Of a stretch of DNA of 64,000 nt, positions 39,388 to 49,554 are shown one piece after another. The position numbers and the translations under genes are program-made. The first letter of the stretch is position 1. Every line of letters begins with the position of its first letter. The notes beneath the pieces are model-generated. The model searched no databases. It was not told the origin of the DNA and saw only the letters and a program-made list of their open reading frames with translations. Source of the stretch: an uncultured Bacteroidales bacterium (lineage in GTDB: Bacteria > Bacteroidota > Bacteroidia > Bacteroidales > UBA10428). The DNA lies in NCBI GenBank assembly GCA_963822145.1, contig CAWGGG010000004.1, forward strand, positions 698,939 through 762,938, read 5' to 3'.

Positions 39388-39504
39388 GATGTTGTTTGTT
39401 TAATTCAGCCGGTTACAAAATTCGTTAAAACTACGTTATATCCGGATAATTTGTTCTTAAAAATACGTTAATTTTTTAAAAATGTTATTGGAAAACTAAA
39501 GAGA

Positions 39505-39534
39505 ACCATTGGCAAGCCAGAATAGACCATCGGG
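39505..39534 (+). promoter_or_regulatory. Candidate LytTR-type direct repeat upstream of susC
   Basis: ACCATTGGC at 39505 and ACCATCGGG at 39526 (9 bp units, 12 bp spacer), upstream of -7-like TATTTTAC at 39569-39576. Confidence 0.45.
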
Positions 39535-39731
39535 AAATCTCTAATAGGAATCTATTCTACTGATGCTTTATTTTACATAAAACCATGGAAAAAAGACTGC
39601 TGGGGATCCAGATTAAAATTTCAGGTTTATAATAGGTTAAGAGTTATGTGAAATTTTGCCCCCCCCAGCCCGATCTCCGGCATTCTTTTTCCTGTTTTTG
39701 TGCGAGTATTATAACTAAAATACACTTATCT

Positions 39732-42700
39732 ATGAAAATGATTACCAGCACAATTCTTTGCCTTCTATTGCTCGGTTCAACTAGCGTAATTGCGCAGAAC
39801 ATTCAGATTAGCGGGTTGGTAACCACGGCAGAAGATGGAAGTCCCCTTCCCGGAGTATACGTGAGGATTGTAGGGACCAACACCGGTACAATAACGGATG
39901 TTGATGGTAATTTTCAGCTCTCAGCGGCAGCAGACGCAAGGCTATTATTCACCTTTATTGGCTATAAAGAACAGGAAGTGGCCATCCAGGGCCAGACAGT
40001 CATCAATGTCATCCTTGAAACAGATGTTAAAATGGTGGATGAGGTCGTTGTGACCGCACTGGGAATTACCAAATCGAAGAAATCACTTGGTTATGCCGTT
40101 TCAGATTTCAATGACCAGGATCTTGAAAACAGGCAGGTGATTGATGCAACACAGGCCCTGACGGGTCGTGTAGCAGGTGTTACCATTTCTTCCACCTCCG
40201 GTGCTCCTGGAGCATCCACAAGCGTGCTGGTCAGAGGATTATCGTCAATAACCCAAAGTACGCAGCCCTTGTATATCATCGATGGTATTCCGGTTAATAA
40301 CCAGTATAATAGCGGAAATACACTGGCCTTGACGAATGCTAACCTTACGGTCGACTTTGGCAATGCTGCCTCTGACCTAAATCCTGCTGACATTGAAACC
40401 ATAAGTGTCCTCAAGGGCGCAGCTGCTACAAGCTTATACGGTTCCAGAGCTGCCAACGGTGTGATCATCATTTCCACCAAGAGTGGAAAAAAGAACCAGA
40501 ACCTAAAGGTTGATCTGTCTACTTCCTATACTGTAACACAGGTAGGACGATTGCCCTATTATCAAAAGAAATTCGGACAGGGGTGGAGCGGACATTTTGC
40601 CTATGAGGAGAATGGCAGCTGGGGACCGGTTATGGATGGCGCTTACCGGTTAACCGGCAATGTCGTAGACAATTCACAACGGTTGATGCCCTTTAAATAC
40701 CAGGAAGATGGCCTGCGGGATTTTTTTGAATATGGCTCTGCCTTTAATACGGCAATTGCCGTGTCAGGCGGATCGGAAAGGATCGGTTATTATGCATCAT
40801 ATGCCAATACCAGTCAGGATGGCGTAATACCCGGCGATGCTGATGTACTGAAAAGGAATTCCTTGACTTTTAAAGCCAATGGCGGCAATGATAAAACCAA
40901 AATCAGTTTCACGGGCTCCTATACCAATAAAAAGATAAGTGCAGTTGCTACAGGACAGGGTGATGATGCAGGAGGAGGTAAAGCCGTATTTCAGGAACTG
41001 CTCGGGACTCCGGTTAACCACTACATTCCTCTTTACCGGGATTATAATTACAAATTCGACAACCTCGACAACTATTTCAACCTTTATACACAAAATCCCT
41101 ATTTTGTAATCAATGAAAATGGCAATAATTTCAGGCAGGACCGGATCATCTCCAGTGTTGATGTAAGCCAGCAAATCCTGAGCGGTTTGCGTGTGTCGTG
41201 GAGAGGCGGGATCGATCAGTATAGCAATTTCTATCAAAGGTATGGGGCTGTTACCCATAAAACTCCAGGTTCTCCCAATTCATCCGAAAATGATGTAGCC
41301 GGGATGGTCATGGAAGAAGGAAGAAATGTGAGTCAGTTTAATTCCGATCTTTTTATCAACTACGATGGCAAGTTCAATTTTGGCAATCAATTGCTGGAAT
41401 ATAACCTGGTTCTTGGAAATAATATTAACCAGAGAACTTCAAACCGGCTGACCACGATTGCACAGGGTTTGGTGGTTCCGGAGTACTATAATGTTACCAA
41501 TATCAGCGGCAGTGCTGATGTGTCCACATACCGGGAAAAGAGGCGTTCTGTGGGCCTTTTCGGAACCTTATCCCTTAGCCTCAACAATTACCTGTTTGTG
41601 CAGATATCAGGCAGAAATGACTGGTCCTCCACCTTGCCTGTTAACAACAATTCATTCTTCTATCCGGGCGTAAATATGGGCCTGATCTTCTCGGAATTCC
41701 TGCCCAAAGGATGGCTGACCTATGGCAAACTGAGGGTGGGATATGCCCTGGCAGGTAATGATGCACCAGCCTACTCGCTGGATCCCTATTACAGGGCAGC
41801 GATCCTGAGAAACGGAGGTTTTGGAAATACCATTTATCCTGTGGGAGGAATTGCAGCCTTTGAGAAGTACCGTAAGCTCGGGAATCCGAACCTTAAGAAT
41901 GAACTTTCAAAGGATTTTGAGATCGGAACGGAACTGCGGTTCTTCGGCAACCGTATCGGACTGGATTTGGCCTATTATAAGAAAGTTACCACTGACCTGA
42001 TCTTTGATGCAACCGTAGCGGGTTCGTCAGGCTTTGATATTATCACCACGAACCTGGGGCAGATCACCAACAGCGGAGTGGAACTCGAGTTAAACGCCAA
42101 CCCGGTAAAAATTGGCGATTTCAGGTGGGACCTGGTATACATATTCACCAAGAGCAATACGATCCTCGATGAATTATCTGCTGCTTTGGGGGTAGAAGAG
42201 TATGTGATCAACTCAGCCTATCAAACAGAATTTGTTGCCATACCCGGAGAGCAGCTGGGGCAATTCAGAATACCCGATTACAAATACTCACCATCGGGTC
42301 AGATAGTTGTTGGAGATAACGGACTTCCGCTGGAAGGGGACAAAATACTTTATGCCACTTCTGTTCCTGATTATAAAATGTCAATGACCAATACCCTGTC
42401 TTTCAAAGGGATAAATCTCTCTTTCCTGTTGGATTACCAGCAGGGTGGACACATGTACTCCAATACTTCCAACAGTTGCTTCTGGAGCGGCAACAGTGAA
42501 CAATCCGTGACAAACGACAGGAGACCCTGGGTAATTCCGAATTCGGTTCAGGAGATCACCGATGAATCCGGTGATGTGATATATGTTGAAAACACCACAC
42601 CCATTGTGAATAACTGGCACGAGTATTATAACAGCAATACCAACAGACCTATTGAAAGCAACAGGATCATTGAAAAAACCTACATAAAGCTGCGCGAGGC

Positions 42701-42926
42701 TTCTTTAAATTATACCCTGCCTGTTAAACTGGTTGAAAAGGCAAAACTGACCAATGTCAATATCGGGGTATATGGCACCAACTTGTTTTTATGGACACCG
42801 GCATCCAACAGCTTTATCGATCCGGAAATGTCCACCTTCGGCAACGGTATTGAAGGATTATTCGGAGAATTCGACGGTCTGCCCCAAACCAGAACATATG
42901 GGGTGAAATTAAATCTAGTATTCTAA
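39732..42926 (+). CDS. susC: SusC/RagA family TonB-dependent transporter
   Basis: EVVVTALGI, PLYIIDGIP, DIETISVLKGAAATSLYGSRAANGVIII plug, C-terminal Phe; start moved to ATG at 39732. Confidence 0.96.
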   Translation: MKMITSTILCLLLLGSTSVIAQNIQISGLVTTAEDGSPLPGVYVRIVGTNTGTITDVDGNFQLSAAADARLLFTFIGYKEQEVAIQGQTVINVILETDVKMVDEVVVTALGITKSKKSLGYAVSDFNDQDLENRQVIDATQALTGRVAGVTISSTSGAPGASTSVLVRGLSSITQSTQPLYIIDGIPVNNQYNSGNTLALTNANLTVDFGNAASDLNPADIETISVLKGAAATSLYGSRAANGVIIISTKSGKKNQNLKVDLSTSYTVTQVGRLPYYQKKFGQGWSGHFAYEENGSWGPVMDGAYRLTGNVVDNSQRLMPFKYQEDGLRDFFEYGSAFNTAIAVSGGSERIGYYASYANTSQDGVIPGDADVLKRNSLTFKANGGNDKTKISFTGSYTNKKISAVATGQGDDAGGGKAVFQELLGTPVNHYIPLYRDYNYKFDNLDNYFNLYTQNPYFVINENGNNFRQDRIISSVDVSQQILSGLRVSWRGGIDQYSNFYQRYGAVTHKTPGSPNSSENDVAGMVMEEGRNVSQFNSDLFINYDGKFNFGNQLLEYNLVLGNNINQRTSNRLTTIAQGLVVPEYYNVTNISGSADVSTYREKRRSVGLFGTLSLSLNNYLFVQISGRNDWSSTLPVNNNSFFYPGVNMGLIFSEFLPKGWLTYGKLRVGYALAGNDAPAYSLDPYYRAAILRNGGFGNTIYPVGGIAAFEKYRKLGNPNLKNELSKDFEIGTELRFFGNRIGLDLAYYKKVTTDLIFDATVAGSSGFDIITTNLGQITNSGVELELNANPVKIGDFRWDLVYIFTKSNTILDELSAALGVEEYVINSAYQTEFVAIPGEQLGQFRIPDYKYSPSGQIVVGDNGLPLEGDKILYATSVPDYKMSMTNTLSFKGINLSFLLDYQQGGHMYSNTSNSCFWSGNSEQSVTNDRRPWVIPNSVQEITDESGDVIYVENTTPIVNNWHEYYNSNTNRPIESNRIIEKTYIKLREASLNYTLPVKLVEKAKLTNVNIGVYGTNLFLWTPASNSFIDPEMSTFGNGIEGLFGEFDGLPQTRTYGVKLNLVF

Positions 42927-42943
42927 TCCTAAACATTATTACG

Positions 42944-44464
42944 ATGAAGAAGTTAACTATCATATGGATCATATTGATTTTAGGTCTTCCCGGATGCGAT
43001 GATTTTCTCGATGTCAATGAAAATCCGAATTTTCCTGAAAATGTTGAAGACTATCTGATATTGCCTTCAGCCCAGGCAGGTGTTGCCTCTGTAATGAGCG
43101 CCGACTACGGACTGATCGGCTCTTTCTGGGCACAGCACTGGGCACAGAATAATACATCGTCACAGTACCAGACTTTTGAAACCTATACACTCAGCAGCAA
43201 TGACAACAGGGTGGACGGATCCTACCTGTCGATGTATACCGGTGGGCTGGGAGACAATGAGATCATCCATTTAAAGGCCCTTCAGGAGGAAAACTGGGGG
43301 CTATACCTGATGACAGCTACTTTAAAAGCCTACGGGTTCCAATACCTTGTTGATTTCTACGGAAACGTACCTTATAATGAGGCATTCAAAGGCGAGGAGG
43401 GGAACTTCACACCAGTCATCAATACCGGTCAGGAAGTCTATACAGCCATTTACGAATTGCTGAATTCAGCACTCAGTAAAGATTTAGATGGATTTTCAGC
43501 TGCCAGGTATGCCCATTATGACTTATTGCTGGGCGCCAACCTGGATGACTGGATTGGTTTTGCCAATACGCTGAAATTGAGAATTGTATTAAGGCAATAT
43601 GCAGTCAATACAGCCTGGGCAAATACCGAACTGGCAGATTTGCTGGCCAATGGAACCTTCCTGACAAGGGATGTGGCACTAACAAATTTCGAGGATGTGG
43701 ATAGCAAGTCCAATCCCCTGTATGAGGCTGATCAGCGACAGTTGAACACCAGTCAGAATATACGGGCTAATGCCACGTTTACAACGTACCTGAAGGCAAA
43801 CAATGATTCCAGGATACGGACTCTTTTTGCAGTCGTTGGAGGCAATATCGACGGAATGATCCCGGGTTCCTATGAAGTACCCACAACAGAATGGATGGCT
43901 CCTGATGTTATTTCAAAACCCTATCTCACACCCACCATGCCTGTATACCTGATGACCGTGGCTGAAACCAACCTTTTGCTGGCAGAGGCGTATCTCAGGC
44001 TGGGCGATATATCTTCTGCCGAAGACTATTATAAAGCAGGCGTACTGAGCTCCTTCGATCGCATGGGTGCCGATACCACCGGTATGAGACTCTTTTCTTC
44101 GGTATACCCGTTCCCGTCCACTGATTTTAACGCCCAGTTGAAGGCGATCATCATGCAGAAGTGGATCGATGCAGCGGAAGGACAAAGAGGCGCTGAAGCT
44201 TTCCTGGAATGCGTAAGAACAGGCTACCCCGAACCCGCTTCACCGGAAGTTCAGAGCCAGATTCCGGAAGGCAAGGAATCAGACCTGCCGGAAAGCTACA
44301 TTCCCGGAACGTTGATCTATAGCAAAAAAGGAGCCACAAACGGGAATTTCCCGGTCAGGCTTCCATATCCGGACAGTGAGCTGAATTACAACATCAATGC
44401 AGCTGAATACAAGGATATTCCAGATGCTACTGTCATGCAGACCAAAGTATGGTGGAACCAATAA
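42944..44464 (+). CDS. susD: SusD/RagB family lipoprotein
   Basis: Lipobox LPGC-DDFLDVNENPN, YGNVPY, IIMQKW, RLPYP..E, KVWW. Confidence 0.93.
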   Translation: MKKLTIIWIILILGLPGCDDFLDVNENPNFPENVEDYLILPSAQAGVASVMSADYGLIGSFWAQHWAQNNTSSQYQTFETYTLSSNDNRVDGSYLSMYTGGLGDNEIIHLKALQEENWGLYLMTATLKAYGFQYLVDFYGNVPYNEAFKGEEGNFTPVINTGQEVYTAIYELLNSALSKDLDGFSAARYAHYDLLLGANLDDWIGFANTLKLRIVLRQYAVNTAWANTELADLLANGTFLTRDVALTNFEDVDSKSNPLYEADQRQLNTSQNIRANATFTTYLKANNDSRIRTLFAVVGGNIDGMIPGSYEVPTTEWMAPDVISKPYLTPTMPVYLMTVAETNLLLAEAYLRLGDISSAEDYYKAGVLSSFDRMGADTTGMRLFSSVYPFPSTDFNAQLKAIIMQKWIDAAEGQRGAEAFLECVRTGYPEPASPEVQSQIPEGKESDLPESYIPGTLIYSKKGATNGNFPVRLPYPDSELNYNINAAEYKDIPDATVMQTKVWWNQ

Positions 44465-44475
44465 CAACAAAGGCT

Positions 44476-45225
44476 ATGAAACCAAAAAACCTTATTTATA
44501 TAGCAATTGTAGCTGCAGCTTTTACGCTTACCAGCTGCGAAAAAACATACGAAGATCTTTCCAGGATCACTTACTTTCCGGAGTTTACCATGGAAGGCGA
44601 GGCCGAAATCATCCATCTGTTGGGGGAACCCTATGAGGATGGTGCAGTAACTGCTACTGAAGACGGTGAATCGTTGGAAGTCAGCGAAGAGGTCACTGGA
44701 GTGTGGAAGGGTTATAGCGGATCAACGATCGATGTAAACGAATATGACAAATACGAAATAGTCTATTCGGCAACCAATGCAGATGGCTTTGAGGGCAATG
44801 TTATCAGAACGGTTTTTGTCGCTCCTCCAACAGGCGACCTGGTCAGCAGCCTGGAAGGTGTTTACCTCGCACAGGTACAGCGCACGCCTGCCTTTGCCGT
44901 ATTGCCACAGTACAGCAATATGAAATACATTTATATCTGGAAGACAGGCGATAATGCTTTTGAACTGTCATGCGCCCTGGGAGCATATTATTTCATCGGC
45001 AGGGACTACGGACTTGATTTTGCATTTCAGGGCGCGGTGATCACTGCAAACGATATCCCGGCGAATGATTTCAGCATCAGTCAGGCTTCTTCCCCGGGTT
45101 TCGGCAATGTGGCAGACATTACTGATTTTACAGTTGATCCGGTCAACAGGGTGATTTCCTTCACCAGCACTGCCGATTTTGCCAACGGGATATTTCACGT
45201 ACAATTGGAACAAGTTCAATACTAA
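44476..45225 (+). CDS. BT2262-like (DUF5011/DUF5012) surface lipoprotein
   Basis: Lipobox LTSC, SRITYFP, YSATNADGF...RTVFV, GAYY..GRDYG. Confidence 0.75.
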   Translation: MKPKNLIYIAIVAAAFTLTSCEKTYEDLSRITYFPEFTMEGEAEIIHLLGEPYEDGAVTATEDGESLEVSEEVTGVWKGYSGSTIDVNEYDKYEIVYSATNADGFEGNVIRTVFVAPPTGDLVSSLEGVYLAQVQRTPAFAVLPQYSNMKYIYIWKTGDNAFELSCALGAYYFIGRDYGLDFAFQGAVITANDIPANDFSISQASSPGFGNVADITDFTVDPVNRVISFTSTADFANGIFHVQLEQVQY

Positions 45226-45236
45226 TAGTCCACATT

Positions 45237-45752
45237 ATGAAAAACAAATTATTACCTCTGATAATCAGCATGCTGGTATTATCTGCCTGCGATAAAAAGG
45301 ATGAATTTGTCAATGAAGAGTCAAAAGTGGTGGCGTTGGCCGGAGAATGGTATGTTCATTATGATCATCCGGTTTATGGTGCAGATCCCTTCGGCGTTGG
45401 CTATTCAGGTATCATTACCTACAATACAGCTGATGATGACGGCCAGGAGATCTGGCTCAATGACGAGGGTAATTTCTGGACCTACCAGGTTAAGATACCC
45501 GTGAATGTTACGAATTTGACCTTCGGATCGCAGGATACCGTCATCAACCATATTAATGGCTATGAGATCAAGGTTCTGGTGAGGAATGGAAAAGTAATCG
45601 AGCATGCATCAACCCGCCAGTCGGGTGCAGTTGCCGACAGCATTTATTTTGAGTTGTGGCTGGAGGATCTGGAAGGATCTACCGGAATCGCCAGTGACAC
45701 ACTCATTGTTTCAGGTTACAGAAGAACAGGTTTTCTTGAAGATGAGCCATAA
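45237..45752 (+). CDS. BT2261-like putative lipid-binding lipoprotein
   Basis: Lipobox LSAC, LAGEWYV, TYNT, DSIYF, GYRRTGFLEDE C-terminus. Confidence 0.8.
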   Translation: MKNKLLPLIISMLVLSACDKKDEFVNEESKVVALAGEWYVHYDHPVYGADPFGVGYSGIITYNTADDDGQEIWLNDEGNFWTYQVKIPVNVTNLTFGSQDTVINHINGYEIKVLVRNGKVIEHASTRQSGAVADSIYFELWLEDLEGSTGIASDTLIVSGYRRTGFLEDEP

Positions 45753-46092
45753 AGCAGGGCCGGTGTTCAGAAACGTACATTGTGTGTATCATTCTGGTAC
45801 AAATTCCATCAGAATCAGGATGGCCTATCCGGGTGAAGTTAATGTATATACCAGAAAATAAGGAATATAGCCTGAATGGCATAATATTTGGTATTTCCCT
45901 CATAATCATTCGGTTAGTAGTCAAGTCGCAAAACCGTAAGATCGCCCTGTTGAATCACGAAGGCTGGATCTGCATTAAAAAAAACTAGCCCCAGGCAATA
46001 GGGTATTGGTTGTACAGAGTATCCTAGTAGAAAAGGTTGTTTTGGGTTTTGTATCATTAAGCAGTATATCTTGTCTGACTGAAGCCGGCATA

Positions 46093-48066
46093 ATGAAACC
46101 TGTAACCATTAAACTTGCAGCCTGTCTGGCAATATTTTTGTCGATAGGCATTGAATCGGCTCAGGGTACCTTCGACCTGGATGATTTTTCTGTTGAGGCC
46201 TTGCAGGATTCCGGAACATTTAAAACACTCTATGATTCAGCCAGGTTCTATTCCAGGATCGATCCAGTACTCAGCAAAAATCTCCTGCAGAAATTAATTA
46301 CACTATCCAAAAGCACTGACAGTACCAGACTGAACGATTACTATACCCTGTATGGAAACGCCTGTGTGGCAAATGGCGATTTCAACGAAGCCAGGTATTA
46401 CTACCTCCGATCGCTTGAAATGGATCAGGAATTACAGGACACTATTGAACAGATCAGGATTTACAACAACCTGAATTACCTCCATATGCTAACCGGGCAG
46501 CTCGATCTTTCCCTGCAGTATGCCCATGAAGGCATCAGGCTGATCGAGATCATGAAAGAGCAGAAATCACTTCCCTTCCGGATGACGCAATTCGGCAATA
46601 AAACATCAACATGGGTAGAAGCGTACTTCAATACCAACATCGGTCAGATCAACATGAAAGTTGGCAATTACCGGGAAGCCCTTCAGTACTATAAAAGAGC
46701 ACTGCCCCTGGTTGAACAGAGCGGGGACAAAGTTTACTATGCCAATGCATTAAATGATATAGCGCTGACATACAGGCAAATGGGACAATATGATCAGGCC
46801 TTAAAGTATTGTCAAAAAGCCATTGGGGTGAATAAGGAAATTGACAATACTTATGGCATAGGGCTGAACTACCAGATCCTTGGGGATATTTATGCCAGGA
46901 CGGAGAATCTGGATGAGGCCAAAGAACTCCTGAATGAAGGGATGGAAATGCTGGAGAAAACCGATGATATTACTGCTCAGGCCATGACCCTGCTCAGCCT
47001 CGCAGGATTGGAAATTAGGGCAAACCAACCGGAAAAGGCGGGAATAAATCTGGATAAGTGTTTTGCACTGATCAACATGTCGAATGACCTGGGCATACGC
47101 AGCACATACTATTATTACCGCTATAAACTCGATTCCCTCATCGGGAATGACCAGGCAGCACTGGCCAGTTACATACAGTTCCATGAACTGGACAAACAGA
47201 TCATTGATATTCGACTGAACCAAAGGATCGCGGAGATACAGACCTCATTTGAGATGCAGCGCAGGGAACAGGAAAACAAATTGCTGCGATCGGAAAATGA
47301 AGTGCAGAAGGGTCGCATTCAGCACGTAAGAAACAATTTTATCCTGGTGTGCGGGCTCTTTAGTCTGGCTTTTGTCATTACACTCCTGGTGGTCAGGCAC
47401 CACCGTCTGCTGACAAAGAATAAGATTATTGAGCTTAAGCAAAAGAACCTGAATCAGCAAATGAATCCTCATTTTGTATACAATTGCCTGACTTCCATCC
47501 AATCCTATATTTTCCAGAATGATCAGGATAAATCGCTTGAATACCTGACGAAGTTTTCCAGGCTCATGCGTAAAATTCTGGAAAGTTCACAAAACCAATA
47601 CATGTCGATACAGGATGAAATTGATATGCTTACCCTTTACCTGAAACTGGAGTCAATCAGGTTCAGGGGGAAATTCGATTATAACATTACTGTGAATGAA
47701 CGGATTGATCCCTTCCTGTTTAAGATACCCTCACTGCTGATTCAGCCTTTTGTGGAGAATTCGCTCTGGCACGGCATTCAGAACAAGGAAGGAAAGGGCA
47801 GGATACAGGTTTCTTTTGACCTTGTGGAGAAGTCCATCTTCTGTGCCATAGAAGATAACGGAATCGGGAGGGAGCATGCCGAAACAATAAAGCGAAACAG
47901 TCTTAGCGACCACATATCGCTGGGTGCATCCATTACGCAATCGAGGATGAAACTTCTCAAATCACTTTACGGCAGTAAACTCGGGATACAATATATCGAC
48001 CTGAAAGACCGGGAGAACAAACCAGCCGGTACACGGGTTGAATTATATCTCCCCATTTTAAATTAA
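46093..48066 (+). CDS. LytS-type sensor histidine kinase with periplasmic TPR domain
   Basis: Signal peptide, TPRs, TM helix, QMNPHFVYNCL H-box, QPFVENSLWHG, EDNGIG. Confidence 0.92.
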   Translation: MKPVTIKLAACLAIFLSIGIESAQGTFDLDDFSVEALQDSGTFKTLYDSARFYSRIDPVLSKNLLQKLITLSKSTDSTRLNDYYTLYGNACVANGDFNEARYYYLRSLEMDQELQDTIEQIRIYNNLNYLHMLTGQLDLSLQYAHEGIRLIEIMKEQKSLPFRMTQFGNKTSTWVEAYFNTNIGQINMKVGNYREALQYYKRALPLVEQSGDKVYYANALNDIALTYRQMGQYDQALKYCQKAIGVNKEIDNTYGIGLNYQILGDIYARTENLDEAKELLNEGMEMLEKTDDITAQAMTLLSLAGLEIRANQPEKAGINLDKCFALINMSNDLGIRSTYYYYRYKLDSLIGNDQAALASYIQFHELDKQIIDIRLNQRIAEIQTSFEMQRREQENKLLRSENEVQKGRIQHVRNNFILVCGLFSLAFVITLLVVRHHRLLTKNKIIELKQKNLNQQMNPHFVYNCLTSIQSYIFQNDQDKSLEYLTKFSRLMRKILESSQNQYMSIQDEIDMLTLYLKLESIRFRGKFDYNITVNERIDPFLFKIPSLLIQPFVENSLWHGIQNKEGKGRIQVSFDLVEKSIFCAIEDNGIGREHAETIKRNSLSDHISLGASITQSRMKLLKSLYGSKLGIQYIDLKDRENKPAGTRVELYLPILN

Positions 48067-48076
48067 CTCATGAACC

Positions 48077-48823
48077 ATGCTCAGAACCGTCGTGATCGAT
48101 GATGAACAGGATGCCATTGACTTCCTGTGCGGGGCCATAAAACAATACTGTCCTGATACCGAGGTTGTTGGCTGTGCAACCAATGTGATTGATGGGCTTC
48201 GGGAGATTACACTGAAACAACCCGATGTGGTATTTCTTGATATTACAATGCCCTCGGGAAGTGGCTTTGATCTGCTGAATCAGATTCCTGACCGAAATTT
48301 TGAGGTGATCTTTGTAACTGCCTATAATGAGCACGCAATCAGGGCATTTCGATACAGTGCGATCGATTATCTTTTAAAACCCGTTGATATTGCCGAACTT
48401 GTTATGGCCGTGAACAAGGTCAACAGGTCATTGAACAAAGCCAATCTTAATCTGATGAATGTACTGCTGGACAACCTGCGTTCGGGTTCGCCCAGCAAAC
48501 TATCCCTGCCTACGACAATGGGCTATGAATATGTTCTCATCAATGATATCATCAGGATAGAGGCCGACCGCAGCTATTGTTACTTTTACCTGACCCAGCA
48601 CAGGAAATATCTGGTTTCAAGATGCCTGAATGATTATCATCAATTGCTTCAGTGCAACAATTTCTTCAGGATCCACAATTCGCACCTCATCAACATGAAA
48701 CATGTAAAATCATACATGCGCAGTGATGGAGGGTATGTCGAGATGAGCGACGCTTCTCAGGTTCCTGTTTCGCGCACCAAAAAGGACTTTTTTCTGGATG
48801 CGATGAAACAGCACGCAGTATAA
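48077..48823 (+). CDS. LytTR family response regulator
   Basis: IDDE, FLDITMP, TAY, YLLKP receiver domain; FFRIHNSHLIN LytTR domain. Confidence 0.95.
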   Translation: MLRTVVIDDEQDAIDFLCGAIKQYCPDTEVVGCATNVIDGLREITLKQPDVVFLDITMPSGSGFDLLNQIPDRNFEVIFVTAYNEHAIRAFRYSAIDYLLKPVDIAELVMAVNKVNRSLNKANLNLMNVLLDNLRSGSPSKLSLPTTMGYEYVLINDIIRIEADRSYCYFYLTQHRKYLVSRCLNDYHQLLQCNNFFRIHNSHLINMKHVKSYMRSDGGYVEMSDASQVPVSRTKKDFFLDAMKQHAV

Positions 48824-48893
48824 ATCTGACAAAATAAATTCAGGAATCCACCAAAATAAAGCAAGAAAAAGTTGCTGTATAAAAAAAATGCAT

Positions 48894-48936
48894 TACATTT
48901 GACCAATTGGTTAAACCAAATGATTTGATCAAATGG
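48894..48936 (+). promoter_or_regulatory. -7 box TACATTTG overlapped by a probable TetR operator (three 13-bp units)
   Basis: TTTGACCAATTGG / TTAAACCAAATGA / TTTGATCAAATGG, including near-palindrome TTGACCAATTGGTTAA; the third unit overlaps the TetR ATG. Confidence 0.7.
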
Positions 48937-49553
48937 ACAAAATTCAGGATATTAATGCCAGAAGCACTGAATTGAAGATTCTTGAAGCGGCCAAGAAGGT
49001 CTTTATCCAGCAGGGACTTGAAGGTACCAGCATGCAGCAGATAGCTGATGAGGCTGGGATTAATAAATCACTGCTGCACTATTACTTCCGTTCCAAGGAG
49101 AAACTTTTCGGTGAAGTTTTTAGTTATGCCTTTCACTATATCGTTCCGCAACTGAAGGACATCATGACTTCAAACAATACCATATTTGTCAAGATAGAAA
49201 AGCTGGTTTCGGAGTACATGGATCTGCTGATGAAGCATGAATTCATACCTGCCTTTGTTTTACATGAGATTAACAGGGATCCTGAGAGGATATTTCAGAT
49301 CATGCAAAGTTCGGGCATACACCCGTCCTTGTTCCTGGATCAGTTCCAGGATGAAATGAACAAAGGCAATATTCGGACCATCGATCCAAAGCAATTAATC
49401 ATTAATGTTTTGTCCATGTGCATATTCCCCATTGCAGCCAGGCCTTTGATCCAGCGCTTGTTTTTTGAGAACAAGGGCCAGGCTTACCAGCAATTCCTGG
49501 AGGAACGCAAAAAAGCAGTAGCAGATTTTATCATTCAATCAATCAGGAAATAA
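48933..49553 (+). CDS. TetR/AcrR family transcriptional regulator
   Basis: ILEAAKKVF..G..GTSMQQIADEAGINKSLLHYYFRSKEKLF HTH. Confidence 0.95.
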   Translation: MDKIQDINARSTELKILEAAKKVFIQQGLEGTSMQQIADEAGINKSLLHYYFRSKEKLFGEVFSYAFHYIVPQLKDIMTSNNTIFVKIEKLVSEYMDLLMKHEFIPAFVLHEINRDPERIFQIMQSSGIHPSLFLDQFQDEMNKGNIRTIDPKQLIINVLSMCIFPIAARPLIQRLFFENKGQAYQQFLEERKKAVADFIIQSIRK

Positions 49554-49554
49554 T

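Noticed and set aside
45753-46092. 340-bp gap with a few inverted repeats (TTCTGGTA/TACCAGAA, CCATC/GATGG) and short ORFs
   Set aside because: Pairings are sparse and at chance level, and the ORFs have no recognisable features
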